Shown: in pieces, positions 49,301 through 59,356 of the stretch
Layout: every line of letters begins with the position of its first letter
How positions within the stretch are numbered: the first letter of the stretch is position 1
DNA from: an uncultured virus (IMG/VR IMGVR_UViG_2630968701_000003)
Taxonomy: Duplodnaviria > Heunggongvirae > Uroviricota > Caudoviricetes
Reading direction: 5' to 3' (one strand)
Virus record (IMG/VR): IMGVR_UViG_2630968701_000003
DNA: 64,000 nucleotides
The notes under the pieces: generated by a model
The model's database searches: none
What the model saw: the letters and a program-made list of their open reading frames with translations, nothing else
Told to the model about the DNA's origin: nothing
Position numbers and translations under genes: made by a program

Positions 49301-51215
49301 CGAAAGTTCCAAGAAAAAACTTTCTGTCAAGCTTGAAAAGTTACAGGATAGCAAGAGAAAAGATGATGTAATTTACTTTGATCAGTTGGGTGTTACTAAG
49401 CTGATCGTTGATGAAGCACATTATTACAAGAATCTGCTGTTAACAACGAAGATGAATAATATTGCAGGTATCAATACCAGCAGTAATTCAAAGAGAGCTT
49501 TTGATATGTTCATGAAATGCCAGTACATGGAAGAAAATTGCCGAAACAAAGGTATTGTATTCTTAACCGGTACTCCCGTGTCAAATAGTATGGCAGAAGT
49601 ATACACAATGCAACGCTATTTGCAGTTAAATACCTTAAAAGAACTTGGCATTGACTCATTCGACAGCTGGGCATCGACATTCGGTGAAACAAAGACTGCC
49701 ATGGAACTTGCTCCGGAGGGAACAGGGTATCGTGCCAGAACAAGATTCACACGATTTGTTGGATTGGCCGAGTTATTAACAATCTTTAAAGAAGTGGCTG
49801 ATATTAAGGTCAAAGATATTAAAGAAATGGATGTGCCGAATGCCGTTATGGAGACTATTTCCATTGATGCTTCTGATGAACAGAAAAAATATGTAGATGG
49901 TTTGGCAAGCAGGGCAGCTCGCATTCGAGACGGTGGAGTAGATCCATCAGAAGATAATATGCTCAAGGTTACAAACGAAGGACGTAAATTAGCTTTAGAT
50001 CAGCGACTGGTTGGAATTGAGGAAGAAAACTTTAATTCTAAAGCAAAATATTGTGTGAATCAGGTCATGGATATTTATGAGAAATATCCTGGAAAAACTC
50101 AGGTTATTTTCTTAGATTTATCAACGCCAAAGAAAGGAGAGTTTAACGTTTATGATGATGTAAAGGCTAAATTAATAGAAAGGGGAATTCCAGAAGGAGA
50201 AATTGCTTTTATCCATAGTGCTAAAACGAATAAACAAAAAGTTGATCTTTGCAAGAAGGTAAACGAAGGTGTTATTCGTGTATTATTAGGAAGTACAGAT
50301 AAAGCGGGAACTGGTTGCAACTTCCAGAAAAAATTGATTGCCTTACATGATCTGGATTGTCCATGGAGACCGTCAGATCTTACACAGAGGTCCGGCCGTA
50401 TTATCCGTCAGGGTAACTTTAATAAAGAAGTTTACATTTACCGATATGTAACGAAAAATACCTTTGACTCTTATTTATGGCAGACAGTGGAAAACAAGCA
50501 GCGATATATTGGACAGATTTTGTCAGAAGAAAACATTCCTAGACGTATGGAGGAAGATGATTTAACATTATCGTTTGCGGAAATTAAGGCAGCAGCCTGT
50601 GGGAATCCATTAATCAAGGAACAGATGGAACTTACGCAGCAAGTAAAACGATTAAAAATGCAGAAAAACAATTTCTTAAATCAATATTACGAGTTAGAGT
50701 CTTATATTAGCAAGATTGCTCCAAACAGAATTGAACAGTATAAGAAAAATATTGAAAACATTGAAAAAGATATCGAAGTTGCTAAAAAATATCATACAGG
50801 TGATTTCCATATCAAAGTTTTAGATAAATATGATTCCGATACAAGAGCAGAAGCTAACAAAATAATCCACAATATTCAACCATCTTATAAGAATGAACGA
50901 AAGATTGCCAGCTATCAAGGATTTGATATTATTCTTGATAGAAAGTCAGTTTACAGTCATCAGACAATGATTATTCGTGGTAATTATGACTATGAATTTG
51001 AATTCAGTGGCAGTACGAATATCATGTATCAGATTGATAAGATCATTGAATATGGAATATTGGAAGAATTAAAAACTTTCAAGAGAAGATTAGAGTTTGA
51101 ATCCAGAAAATTTGTTACAGCAAAGACGGAATTAAATCCTGATTTTCCTCATGAAAGTGAATTAATTAAGAAACAGGCACGATTATCTGAATTAAATCAG
51201 AAATTGAGTGCGTAA
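46392..51215 (+). CDS. N6-adenine methyltransferase-SNF2 helicase fusion (DarB-like, common on ICEs/plasmids)
   Basis: ILDPCMGTGNF and IGNVPF MTase motifs; HKVGYGKT, VDEAHYYKN, LTGTPVSNS, QRSGRIIRQGN helicase motifs. Confidence 0.9.
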   Translation: MRRKKNKQMEGQMSIFDMFSSVIENTKTEEENVTVSEGGIAAADITAVETGTQTSIFDLFSTDEQDTQKQEKKPKKNFFHRTIQFAKSLEDKWKNNLAALKMLLGLDDYADEDQQTILSSYEGWGGLSSYFEVEEKKVQLETLVGENTYKGIKSSILTSYYTNEKIINFMYQILSEIGVKGKLNILDPCMGTGNFYRMLPDTLQDSNLYGVELEETSCNIAKQLFQKANIQNCAFEKADLPDNYFDLIIGNVPFSDFSAADNTYGSCLIHDYFFLKALDLARPGGIVAMITTKGTMDKKSSRIRKMLAKKADLLCAIRLPETAFAVTGAKVSTDILFFQKRRYQTVGDEPEWVNIAQEANMYFGTHLNHMLGRMMEESGPYGKRFVCKEKEGMDWKACIDNFHLESYLKDVYEPGQTIENNDEEYVPAVDSISNMSYGIYNDHIYYRKNSMMKKIPDTGMVAKRIAAMIELRNVLKELISKEMQDVSDESIEPYRKKLNMTYDKFQKKFGLIHSRGNKLAFQEDDSYYLLCSLENLDENNKLKSKADIFTKRTIVPHSVPDKVNTAQESLLCSLNEKGCIDFAFMESIYDKAEKDIIEELQGQIFLDPETEEYVMKDEYLSGNVRKKLEFAKCAAKQDKKYNINVAALEEAQPEPLKAAEIDAKLGATWIPAHYIEDFLVEVFDTPREYFNGNGMSVTYTKETDHWDIEWYRDSANQKAAVTYGTKRINGFLLLEKCLNLKDAKVYDTVYDENDNKKEVLNSKETTLAMGKQDEIREVFHSWIFKSYDRRCDLENIYNERFNSIRYRTFDGDFLKVPNMNSEIKLYKHQKDAIMRILFSKDNSLIGHKVGYGKTYTAIAAIMVAKRLKLSEKNLFVVPNPLVGQWGEEFMKLFPGANILVSSENDFTPAKRKEFCSKIATGSYDAIIIAQSQFQKIPISPEYQEKYIKAQIEELDKLLDSAEQNFTVRNIESSKKKLSVKLEKLQDSKRKDDVIYFDQLGVTKLIVDEAHYYKNLLLTTKMNNIAGINTSSNSKRAFDMFMKCQYMEENCRNKGIVFLTGTPVSNSMAEVYTMQRYLQLNTLKELGIDSFDSWASTFGETKTAMELAPEGTGYRARTRFTRFVGLAELLTIFKEVADIKVKDIKEMDVPNAVMETISIDASDEQKKYVDGLASRAARIRDGGVDPSEDNMLKVTNEGRKLALDQRLVGIEEENFNSKAKYCVNQVMDIYEKYPGKTQVIFLDLSTPKKGEFNVYDDVKAKLIERGIPEGEIAFIHSAKTNKQKVDLCKKVNEGVIRVLLGSTDKAGTGCNFQKKLIALHDLDCPWRPSDLTQRSGRIIRQGNFNKEVYIYRYVTKNTFDSYLWQTVENKQRYIGQILSEENIPRRMEEDDLTLSFAEIKAAACGNPLIKEQMELTQQVKRLKMQKNNFLNQYYELESYISKIAPNRIEQYKKNIENIEKDIEVAKKYHTGDFHIKVLDKYDSDTRAEANKIIHNIQPSYKNERKIASYQGFDIILDRKSVYSHQTMIIRGNYDYEFEFSGSTNIMYQIDKIIEYGILEELKTFKRRLEFESRKFVTAKTELNPDFPHESELIKKQARLSELNQKLSA

Positions 51216-51228
51216 TAATCAAAATAAG

Positions 51229-51472
51229 GGGCAGGCATATATTTGTCTGCTCTTATTTTTTTGCGACAAAATCTTTATAATTTTTTTGGAATATGATATA
51301 ATACTAATGTATTTTTTATTAGACTTTGGAGTTTTAACAGAAAAATTCTGAACTTTTTTAAGGATAAAAAATCAATAGAAATTTCATAACCAATCATTTG
51401 GGCATAAAGTTTAGCAGATATTTTGTATCTGCTTCTTTTTATGCCCATTTTTATTTTTACAAAAGAAAGGAG
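51229..51472 (+). repeat. ~240 bp near-identical direct repeat (copy C: terminator + promoter + structured leader); partner at 57652-57900
   Basis: gcgacaaaatctttataat...tgatataatactaatgtatt...gggcataaa..gcagata..tatctgc..agaaaggag present at both sites. Confidence 0.9.
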
Positions 51473-51526
51473 AAAAAAATTGATAAAACTAAAAGAATTG
51501 CAACAGAAAAGGAAAGGAGAAAAATT

Positions 51527-52078
51527 ATGGGGCAGAGATCACAGATTTTTGTAAGATTTGAAAAGAACCCCGGAGAAAAAGAGATTGTCGCAAGATATTA
51601 TAAATGGAATTGTGGGGATCAAATGATTAGTATAGTATACCATACAATTGAATGGCTAAAAAAACATTTGGATCTAAATAATTGTGGTTCTGGGCAATAT
51701 TTATTATGGAATCAAAAAGAATTTATCCGTATTCTTGGTACAAAATATGATCTGGGCGACGTTGTTATCATTACTGATATTTTAAATAAATATGGAGATT
51801 ATTGGAAAGATGATAATGATGGAAAAGCACTTATTGATATACAATGTGATGGAGCGATCAAGTATGCATTGTTAATAAGAAATAATACTTTGTGCAATCC
51901 TTCAGAATATATGTTATGGAATCTTTGGATAGAATCCATACTTCCAAATAAACCTATTCCAAGAAGAATGATTGACAATATAGGGAATCATATTCAAGAA
52001 TTATCAGAAAGTGCCATGCTTATGACGGAAGAAGAAGTCAAAGAATTTATGGAATACAAAAGGAGAGAAGAAGAATGA
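51527..52078 (+). CDS. hypothetical protein
   Basis: AAAGGAG RBS before ATG 51527 (MGQRSQIFVR). Confidence 0.7.
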   Translation: MGQRSQIFVRFEKNPGEKEIVARYYKWNCGDQMISIVYHTIEWLKKHLDLNNCGSGQYLLWNQKEFIRILGTKYDLGDVVIITDILNKYGDYWKDDNDGKALIDIQCDGAIKYALLIRNNTLCNPSEYMLWNLWIESILPNKPIPRRMIDNIGNHIQELSESAMLMTEEEVKEFMEYKRREEE

Positions 52079-52213
52079 AGAATGAAGAACTTGGCAAATT
52101 GCCTCATGGAGACGTATTTGGAGAAAAACTAGACTTAATCGTATGAGTGAAATTTACGGGCAAAAATTACTGCCTAGTTTTTGAATTATTTTATTTAATA
52201 AAGGAAGAATGTT

Positions 52214-53029
52214 ATGAGAATTTACAAGGAAAAAATAGAGAAGAAAAAATTAGCAGACCAATTAATCATTAAAGATTTTCATTTGGTTCCAATGATTACC
52301 AATTCAAATGATATTTCTAATTACACATATTTCAAAGTCAATAATTTAAAAGACTGGGAATTACTAAAAGAAGCTTATAATATCCATCCATTGAAAATGG
52401 ATATTAAAAATTTTCCTGAAATTATTATTGGAGGATCAAGTTTTGATTTAGAGGATAAAAAGATTTATTATAGTATATCCACATATGAATCTTTTGAAAT
52501 GGAATTAGATTATATACTTTGGTACAAACTTTCAACAATTCAACAAAATATGATCAATTACTGGAAAAGTCTTGGTTATAAGGCAGTTTTTGAAAAATAT
52601 GATTTTCCAAAACATGATCAGAGAAAAAAAGTTGAGAAAAACTTCTATAATGGACAACATGTATGGCTTGTTTCTGATAATACATATCTTAGCGAACTTT
52701 ATCTTCGCTCTTGTGACAGACCTGCTTATGAAATCCTTGAAGGTATGATTCGTGAGAAAAACCAGAAAAATGTCAAAGTAGAAGTTGCATCAGAACGGAT
52801 AGACAACTTGCTAAACTTTATGTTAGATGGTGAAAGAGATACAGAATTTGGTATTAAAGAAGCCGATTATGGAAATAGAGTCCTATGCACTTCAAGAGAA
52901 GATGCTGAAAAGTATATTGAGAAAACAAAATTAATATTAGAGATTCATTCGAGAGGGCTTCGTGAAAAGGACTTTTCGCTGTCTCAATTACATGAATTAC
53001 AAAACTATTTAGAGAGAACTGAAAAATGA
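52214..53029 (+). CDS. hypothetical protein
   Basis: ORF track, RBS. Confidence 0.7.
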   Translation: MRIYKEKIEKKKLADQLIIKDFHLVPMITNSNDISNYTYFKVNNLKDWELLKEAYNIHPLKMDIKNFPEIIIGGSSFDLEDKKIYYSISTYESFEMELDYILWYKLSTIQQNMINYWKSLGYKAVFEKYDFPKHDQRKKVEKNFYNGQHVWLVSDNTYLSELYLRSCDRPAYEILEGMIREKNQKNVKVEVASERIDNLLNFMLDGERDTEFGIKEADYGNRVLCTSREDAEKYIEKTKLILEIHSRGLREKDFSLSQLHELQNYLERTEK

Positions 53030-53088
53030 TAATGTAATAAGCTTTTCACGAGTCTTAGCTGATTTGAATTAGAAAGGAATAAAATTAA

Positions 53089-53409
53089 ATGAAAGATAAA
53101 ACACGTCTGATTGCACTATCTGATAGTCCAGAGATGGATGGAGAATTAGTTATTTTTGAAACAAACGCACCTTCCAAACGTCTAAAAGAGCTGGAAAAAG
53201 AAAGTTGTGCATTATTTACGGAAGAAGCTTATGATGAAATTCCAAATTGGTCTTATACGTTAGAATTTGAGGGATATTTATGTAGATATATTGATTCTGA
53301 ACAGCATGTAACCCCATACGGAACATCAGAAGAATGGCAGCAGGAAAATTATCAAAATATTAAAGAATTTTATTATATTGATAAACTTAAGCCTGAGTCA
53401 ATTAACTAA
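53089..53409 (+). CDS. hypothetical protein
   Basis: ORF track, RBS. Confidence 0.7.
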   Translation: MKDKTRLIALSDSPEMDGELVIFETNAPSKRLKELEKESCALFTEEAYDEIPNWSYTLEFEGYLCRYIDSEQHVTPYGTSEEWQQENYQNIKEFYYIDKLKPESIN

Positions 53410-53452
53410 AGAGTTGTAGGTTTCTAGGTATAAAAATAAGAAGGAGAAAATC

Positions 53453-53764
53453 ATGATAATAAGAAAGTTAGAAGTAAATGGGAAAACTGTTGTTTTAACG
53501 GAAGATGTGATTCGTGAATTACATCGCCAAGAACATATTGAAGAAGGAAAACTTATGATAGAGAGATTCGCCTCAAAAGATGTTTATAATAAAATGACAG
53601 ATGATGACTTCGATATGGTAGTCGATGAATTTGAATATATCTTGAATACAACAAATGATGATACTGCTGAAATGATGGAAGAAGCTGTTAAAAAGATTAC
53701 TCAACAAGTAGAGGAACGATATTATAGTCAGACAACAAAAGCAGTGTTAGTTGCAAAAAGTTGA
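53453..53764 (+). CDS. hypothetical protein
   Basis: AAGGAG RBS. Confidence 0.7.
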   Translation: MIIRKLEVNGKTVVLTEDVIRELHRQEHIEEGKLMIERFASKDVYNKMTDDDFDMVVDEFEYILNTTNDDTAEMMEEAVKKITQQVEERYYSQTTKAVLVAKS

Positions 53765-53866
53765 GATTGACAGTAAAAATTACATTTTATAGAAAGGAGG
53801 CTCGCTTAATAGCGAGAGCAAATTTATCCCCGACCTTAGAGGTTTGGGGATTTTTGCTTATTTACA

Positions 53867-54133
53867 ATGAATATTCAAAATATATCAAAAAATGACAGAG
53901 AAGTAACAGTTACTCTAAGTTCTGATGAATTAGTCAAACTTTGCAATGTATTATATTATGCTAGAGACAAGTACGATGGAGACAATTTATATCACGAAAT
54001 TAAGAGTGACTTAATAATCGCAAGAGATATAAGTCAGTATGGAAATATTGATGATACGACTCTTTCTAAAATTATAAAGGAAAGAGTAAAAGCAGCAAAT
54101 CCATATCAGACTAAACCATCTCAAGAATTTTAA
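53867..54133 (+). CDS. hypothetical protein
   Basis: ORF track. Confidence 0.55.
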   Translation: MNIQNISKNDREVTVTLSSDELVKLCNVLYYARDKYDGDNLYHEIKSDLIIARDISQYGNIDDTTLSKIIKERVKAANPYQTKPSQEF

Positions 54134-54146
54134 AAGGAGAAAAACT

Positions 54147-55151
54147 ATGTTAAAGAAAGAATTTACACAATATCCACATCATACTGATCCATATGCAAAG
54201 CATCGTATCACAGATGAAGAATTGGATTTTTTGTATGAACTGCAGAAAGAAATGAATACCCAACATTCCGACATGCTGACTTATCCACGTATCTGGGTTA
54301 TTCAAGAACCAATCAAAAATTATCTCGACAATGTTGAGACTGATCTTAGAAATGATCCGGATGCAGTAGAATATCTAAATCAGATTGCTGATGGAGCAGA
54401 TTTATGTATTGATTGTATCAATATAACAACTCCGCAGCAATTATATCAAACGATTCAGAGTATTATTAAGGATAATTCACTCGAAGAAAAGTATCAGGTA
54501 GAGTTGATTAACAATTATAAGGTCTTGATTCATGGGAAAAACGATATAGGCAAAACTATGTTATGGGAAGGATCATTAGAAAAAATCCAAAAGAATGGAT
54601 TGCTTGCAATTGTAGAATGGGTTATGGGATATACATATCATCATGCAGAATTAAGATATTACATAAAAGAATTATATCAGCGTCCAGGGATCTTTTTCTT
54701 AACTTACAAAGATGGCGTACGTTATCTGCAAAAATACGCGGATAAGTATGATAAGGATGTAAAGCTAATTGAAACGTCTCCAATGGATTTATTTACAGAT
54801 TGCAGTCCAGAAATAAAAAAACTGTTTGATATTTTACATACGGTTGATTTTAGCAAGAAGAACCGGAAAGTCTATATTTCTGGAAAGATTACAAAAACAG
54901 AAGATTATCAGGAACGATTTGATGTAGCAGCGAGAGAACTTTTGGCACAAGGATATGAAGTTGTAAATCCTGCATATGAAGGGACAAAATTAGAAAACGC
55001 TTCTTACGAAGATTACATGAGATTATCTTTTCAGTTGTTAAATGATTGTGACATCATTTACATGTTAAAAGGATGGGAAACAAGTCCAGGTGCAAATCAG
55101 GAGTTTGGCTATGCATTAGCAAAAGCTATGGAAATCAGATTTGAAAAATAA
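54147..55151 (+). CDS. protein with C-terminal DUF4406 (nucleoside deoxyribosyltransferase-like) domain
   Basis: KVYISGKIT..F..AA..L..GYEVVNPA..CDIIYMLKGWETSPGANQE. Confidence 0.78.
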   Translation: MLKKEFTQYPHHTDPYAKHRITDEELDFLYELQKEMNTQHSDMLTYPRIWVIQEPIKNYLDNVETDLRNDPDAVEYLNQIADGADLCIDCINITTPQQLYQTIQSIIKDNSLEEKYQVELINNYKVLIHGKNDIGKTMLWEGSLEKIQKNGLLAIVEWVMGYTYHHAELRYYIKELYQRPGIFFLTYKDGVRYLQKYADKYDKDVKLIETSPMDLFTDCSPEIKKLFDILHTVDFSKKNRKVYISGKITKTEDYQERFDVAARELLAQGYEVVNPAYEGTKLENASYEDYMRLSFQLLNDCDIIYMLKGWETSPGANQEFGYALAKAMEIRFEK

Positions 55152-55164
55152 AAGGAGAAAATTT

Positions 55165-56628
55165 ATGTTAGATTTATCAAATATTTTCAATAAAGATATG
55201 AAAAAAGCAATTATGTCTAAAGAAAAACTCGCAGAAATGTTAAGGGTTACGCCAGAAGCCTTAAAGGCATTTGAAAAATCCTATCAGCTATATTCCATGA
55301 ATGAGCCGATCAGCGACAACCTTTTCAAAGTCAATGCAAAGCAGGCTGCAAGTTTAAATCCAAAACAGGATGTACCTGAAAAAGGAAAAGTTCAAGATTT
55401 GATTGACCGGATCGTGAATGAGCTTTTAGATCAAGCCCTCATTTATGAATATGACGGAAAACCAGGATTTACATATGGAAATATCTATTCTTGCAATCAA
55501 ACGAGAACAGTTAAAGTTCCAGAAAACTCAGAAGTAACACTTGAAGAAATCAATGAGCTGCCAAAAGAGTTAAGACCTGATCTGACTGGACGATATGTTA
55601 AAAAAAGTCTTTCTGATGGTACGGGAGATGCATTGTTAGAGCAATATCAGCAGTATCTGAATACAAAAGATCCACGAAAAAAAAGGTTTCTTTATGACCA
55701 TTTTCGTCAGGGATTAGATATGTTAGATCTGGATGGAATCAGCTATGCAATTTTAGATCGTTGTCAGAATTCCATAGGAAACTGGTTTCCACGATTAGTA
55801 AATGCGATTTTTTATTCTGATTTCTTTCAGCTGCCAAAGACAAAGATCATGAAAGTTCCATTGCCGGTATTACAAATGAGTCGAATGGAATATACAGAAT
55901 TGTCGTCTACGACTTTTCAGATCATTGATCAATTTTGCCAGAAAGCTTTTGAATTAGACGAAACGAAAGAATACTTTATCAAAACTGGTGTTTTTTCTTC
56001 TAAATTTGATTTTCGGAATGCTTATATTCATGACGCAAAAGAAGTCAAAGAGATCGGAGAATATTTACTATTCATCAGTTTTCAGGCAAGTTGTTTTGCA
56101 CACTATGATCTTTCTGGAAGAAACCAGCCAAGTATATATGGTGCAGCAACAACAAATGAGTGGGTCGTTAGAGAATTCATTAAGGATAAAGAAAACAATC
56201 CATGTATCTACAAAGGATTACCACTACATACAGAATATCGTGTATTTATTGATGCAGATACAAAAGAAGTGTTAGGGATCAATCCATACTGGGATCCGGA
56301 TGTCATGAAAAAGCGATTTGGAAAAGAAGCGGATGCAAATAATCCAGATATGGTGCATGACTATGTGATCTATGCAGCACATGAGAAAACATTAATGGAA
56401 CGATACGAGAAGAACAAAGAGAAAGTTCAAAAAGAGATCATGAAACTGTTACCATTTTTAGATTTAAGAGGGCAGTGGTCCATTGATGTGATGCAGAATG
56501 GAGAAGATTTTTGGATCATTGACATGGCATTAGCGAAAGATTCAGCTTTACTGTCTTGTGTCCCAAAGGACAAGATTAAAGCGGTAGAAGAAGACTGGAT
56601 TCCAAGAATCTCAATCAAAGAACTGTAA
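55165..56628 (+). CDS. ATP-grasp-like protein (R2K/CDC123-like, tentative)
   Basis: YFIKTG..SSK, WVVREFI, EYRVFID, WSIDVM..FWIIDMA; AAGGAG RBS before 55165. Confidence 0.6.
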   Translation: MLDLSNIFNKDMKKAIMSKEKLAEMLRVTPEALKAFEKSYQLYSMNEPISDNLFKVNAKQAASLNPKQDVPEKGKVQDLIDRIVNELLDQALIYEYDGKPGFTYGNIYSCNQTRTVKVPENSEVTLEEINELPKELRPDLTGRYVKKSLSDGTGDALLEQYQQYLNTKDPRKKRFLYDHFRQGLDMLDLDGISYAILDRCQNSIGNWFPRLVNAIFYSDFFQLPKTKIMKVPLPVLQMSRMEYTELSSTTFQIIDQFCQKAFELDETKEYFIKTGVFSSKFDFRNAYIHDAKEVKEIGEYLLFISFQASCFAHYDLSGRNQPSIYGAATTNEWVVREFIKDKENNPCIYKGLPLHTEYRVFIDADTKEVLGINPYWDPDVMKKRFGKEADANNPDMVHDYVIYAAHEKTLMERYEKNKEKVQKEIMKLLPFLDLRGQWSIDVMQNGEDFWIIDMALAKDSALLSCVPKDKIKAVEEDWIPRISIKEL

Positions 56629-56704
56629 CAAATTTTATGAACTACCCACCACCTAAAGGTATGTGGATACGCAGCTGAGAATTTTATAAAAAAGGAGAAA
56701 AATT

Positions 56705-57592
56705 GTGAGAAAAGAATTAGGAAACATTAAAGAGCCTACAGACTTTGAAGGAACGGTAAAGGAATTAGCAGAACAGGTTTTGGATTTATCGACAAAACAG
56801 CCAGATGGGATGATTCATGATGCAGATACGATTTTAGCAGATATTATGGAAGCAGCAGACTTTCAAGTTAGTGGAATTTCTGATGATATATTAAAATTGT
56901 ATCTTGAAGTAGAAAATAAGGACGATTTTGAATCATTATTTTATTTAATTACAGATGAAAAATTTGAAGATTATCTAGTAGAAAGCAAAAAAGTGATGGA
57001 AGAAAATATTTTGAAAGCAGAACCAAGAGCTATTCAAGTATATCTTTCAGATTCTGGCAATGATGAAAAAGAATCTATCATTTTTAAAACAGATGCTCCC
57101 AAAGCAGTGATCGAGAACTGGATAAAAAGTCAGCATAATTCAATTTCTTCAAATTATCCATTCCACCATATAGTAATGGAATTGTTAAATGAGGGATATA
57201 TGGTTAAATTATTATATGATCAATACTCAAAATGTAATGATGTCGAATTGATCGATCAGTATTCTTGCGAAGAAATATATCATGTAGGCTGTAGTATTGG
57301 AGATATATTTCATCATATGAAAATTTTTAATAGTTTATATTATGATGCTTCTGGTGTTCCATATATTAAATTAACTGATTCCATGGATGGCAGTGATTTA
57401 AGAAAGATTGCAAATGTATTAGGAATTTACTCAATAAAAGCAAATGAATTTTGTATTTCTAAAAGGAAAGCATTAATATGCAATCTTGATTTTGTTGATA
57501 TAATGAGAATAGCAGAACATGAAAAATACAATGTTGAAACTGGAATAATAAAAAATTCAAATGATGAATGTTATATTCTAACTCGAAAGTAA
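56705..57592 (+). CDS. hypothetical protein
   Basis: AAGGAG RBS, GTG start. Confidence 0.7.
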   Translation: MRKELGNIKEPTDFEGTVKELAEQVLDLSTKQPDGMIHDADTILADIMEAADFQVSGISDDILKLYLEVENKDDFESLFYLITDEKFEDYLVESKKVMEENILKAEPRAIQVYLSDSGNDEKESIIFKTDAPKAVIENWIKSQHNSISSNYPFHHIVMELLNEGYMVKLLYDQYSKCNDVELIDQYSCEEIYHVGCSIGDIFHHMKIFNSLYYDASGVPYIKLTDSMDGSDLRKIANVLGIYSIKANEFCISKRKALICNLDFVDIMRIAEHEKYNVETGIIKNSNDECYILTRK

Positions 57593-57651
57593 TGCCACCA
57601 TTATATGGAGAAGATTTTGTCTTGAATGAGAATAGCTAGAAATTAATTTTT

Positions 57652-57900
57652 GGAGCAGATACATATTTTATGTGTCTGCTTCTTTTTTTTGCGACAAAAT
57701 CTTTATAATTTTTTCTGAATATGATATAATACTAATGTATTTTTATTAGACTTTGGAGTTTTAACGGAAAAACTCTGAACTTTTTTTAGGATAAAAAATC
57801 AATAGAAATTTCATAACCAATCATTTGGGCATAAATTTAAGTAGATATTTTGTATCTGCTTCTTTTTATGTCCATTTTTATTTTTACAAAAGAAAGGAGG
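57652..57900 (+). repeat. ~240 bp direct repeat (copy D: terminator + promoter + structured leader)
   Basis: near-identical to 51229-51472; TG-a-TATAAT at 57722-57730. Confidence 0.9.
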
Positions 57901-57909
57901 AAATACAAA

Positions 57910-58143
57910 ATGTGTAAATCAAAATTCACTGATAAAATGTTAATTAGTCTGAAATGCACTCTGATTCAGGAGTGCATGAACAGTGACTATGTTTATTTTG
58001 ATTTTTTTGGTGAGAATCGCCCAGATGATGATCAAGAGGATTTATATGCAAAAGTTGAAGAAACTCTTGAACAGATGCCAGAAGAAGAATTGATGAAATT
58101 TTATAAAGAATATGTAAACTCATCAGGAAAGGAGATGAATTAA
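57910..58143 (+). CDS. hypothetical protein
   Basis: AAGGAGG RBS before MCKSK. Confidence 0.65.
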   Translation: MCKSKFTDKMLISLKCTLIQECMNSDYVYFDFFGENRPDDDQEDLYAKVEETLEQMPEEELMKFYKEYVNSSGKEMN

Positions 58144-58382
58144 TGAAAGTTTTATTAATTCATACAGACGGATATTCTATTGATGTTGTTGGAAAATACA
58201 ACACCAAAGAAGAAGCCTGTAAGCAACTTAATTTTGAATATGAACGAAAGATTGAGTATCAAGAAATGTTTTCAAACGGTATTGATTCGGAATGGATGAA
58301 ATCATCACACTGCGATAATGAAGAAGCTATTCTCTATATTAATGGAGAAGAGGTTCATGTTTGGCAGATTGTAACTGCTTAA
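58143..58382 (+). CDS. hypothetical protein
   Basis: RBS, stop/start overlap. Confidence 0.65.
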   Translation: MKVLLIHTDGYSIDVVGKYNTKEEACKQLNFEYERKIEYQEMFSNGIDSEWMKSSHCDNEEAILYINGEEVHVWQIVTA

Positions 58383-58513
58383 TTTTGATATATATTATAT
58401 TAAATATGGTACAAAAACAGATGAAAAATTATTATTTGTTTTTGTACTTTTTATATATCAAAGAATTTTATCGTACTGAAATTAAAAAATCATAGGAAAG
58501 GCAGGCAATAAAT

Positions 58514-58990
58514 ATGAGTTTGAATAGTATTAAAAGAGATTTGAAAGATTATATCGAGGAAAATAAAGCATTACTAGAAGCATGGGAAAGAGTTACTTAT
58601 CTTACGAAAAAAGATGGAACTCCTTTTAAAAGCATGTCGAAAAATTTTAATAATGCAATATATAAAAGGAAAGAATCTTTTCGAGGATACATTCTTGAAG
58701 TTGATACAAAGTTTACCCCAAATCATAGAAGATCATATTTTAGAAATTATATCGATTGTGGTAATAAGGATAATCCAAATACTTTGGAAGAAATTAAGCA
58801 AAAAGTATCAAAAGAAATCGAAAGCAAAAAAAGGTTTATTAAATCATTAGAAAAGCGATTAGAAATAATTGACTATGCTTACGAAGAATTTTCAAAATCT
58901 TATGATGATATAAGAGAAAATTTGAAAGAGTTATGTGAAAATGACGTTTCTCTGGCAAACATGATTTGTGAAGATATTGCCAAACGATAA
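58514..58990 (+). CDS. hypothetical protein
   Basis: ORF track. Confidence 0.7.
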   Translation: MSLNSIKRDLKDYIEENKALLEAWERVTYLTKKDGTPFKSMSKNFNNAIYKRKESFRGYILEVDTKFTPNHRRSYFRNYIDCGNKDNPNTLEEIKQKVSKEIESKKRFIKSLEKRLEIIDYAYEEFSKSYDDIRENLKELCENDVSLANMICEDIAKR

Positions 58991-59016
58991 AATTATTGAT
59001 AAGGAAGGAATACATT

Positions 59017-59343
59017 ATGAAAAACGAAAAGCAAATTAAAATTGATGGGTATAAGTGCATCAAGCTTGATGAATGGAAGACGGAATGGAAAGCGGAAAAA
59101 GTAAAGTATGTAATTGGAAAAGCAGAAGATGAAGAATTTCCTTCATTCTACGCAAAAGTTCAAAGAGTCAACGATAATGATGATCTTATTGATGATGATT
59201 ATATCTTCGAGTATGATCACAAACCAGAGAGATCAGCGGTTGAGGATGATTTCATCGATGAATGGGGTCAAAGAGATTTAGATCGTCGTGAACGAAAAAT
59301 GCCCGTACCGGAAAATGATATTATTCATATGATTTGTATTTAA
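59017..59343 (+). CDS. hypothetical acidic protein
   Basis: AAGGAAGG RBS before ATG 59017. Confidence 0.65.
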   Translation: MKNEKQIKIDGYKCIKLDEWKTEWKAEKVKYVIGKAEDEEFPSFYAKVQRVNDNDDLIDDDYIFEYDHKPERSAVEDDFIDEWGQRDLDRRERKMPVPENDIIHMICI

Positions 59344-59356
59344 GGAGAAAGAAAGT

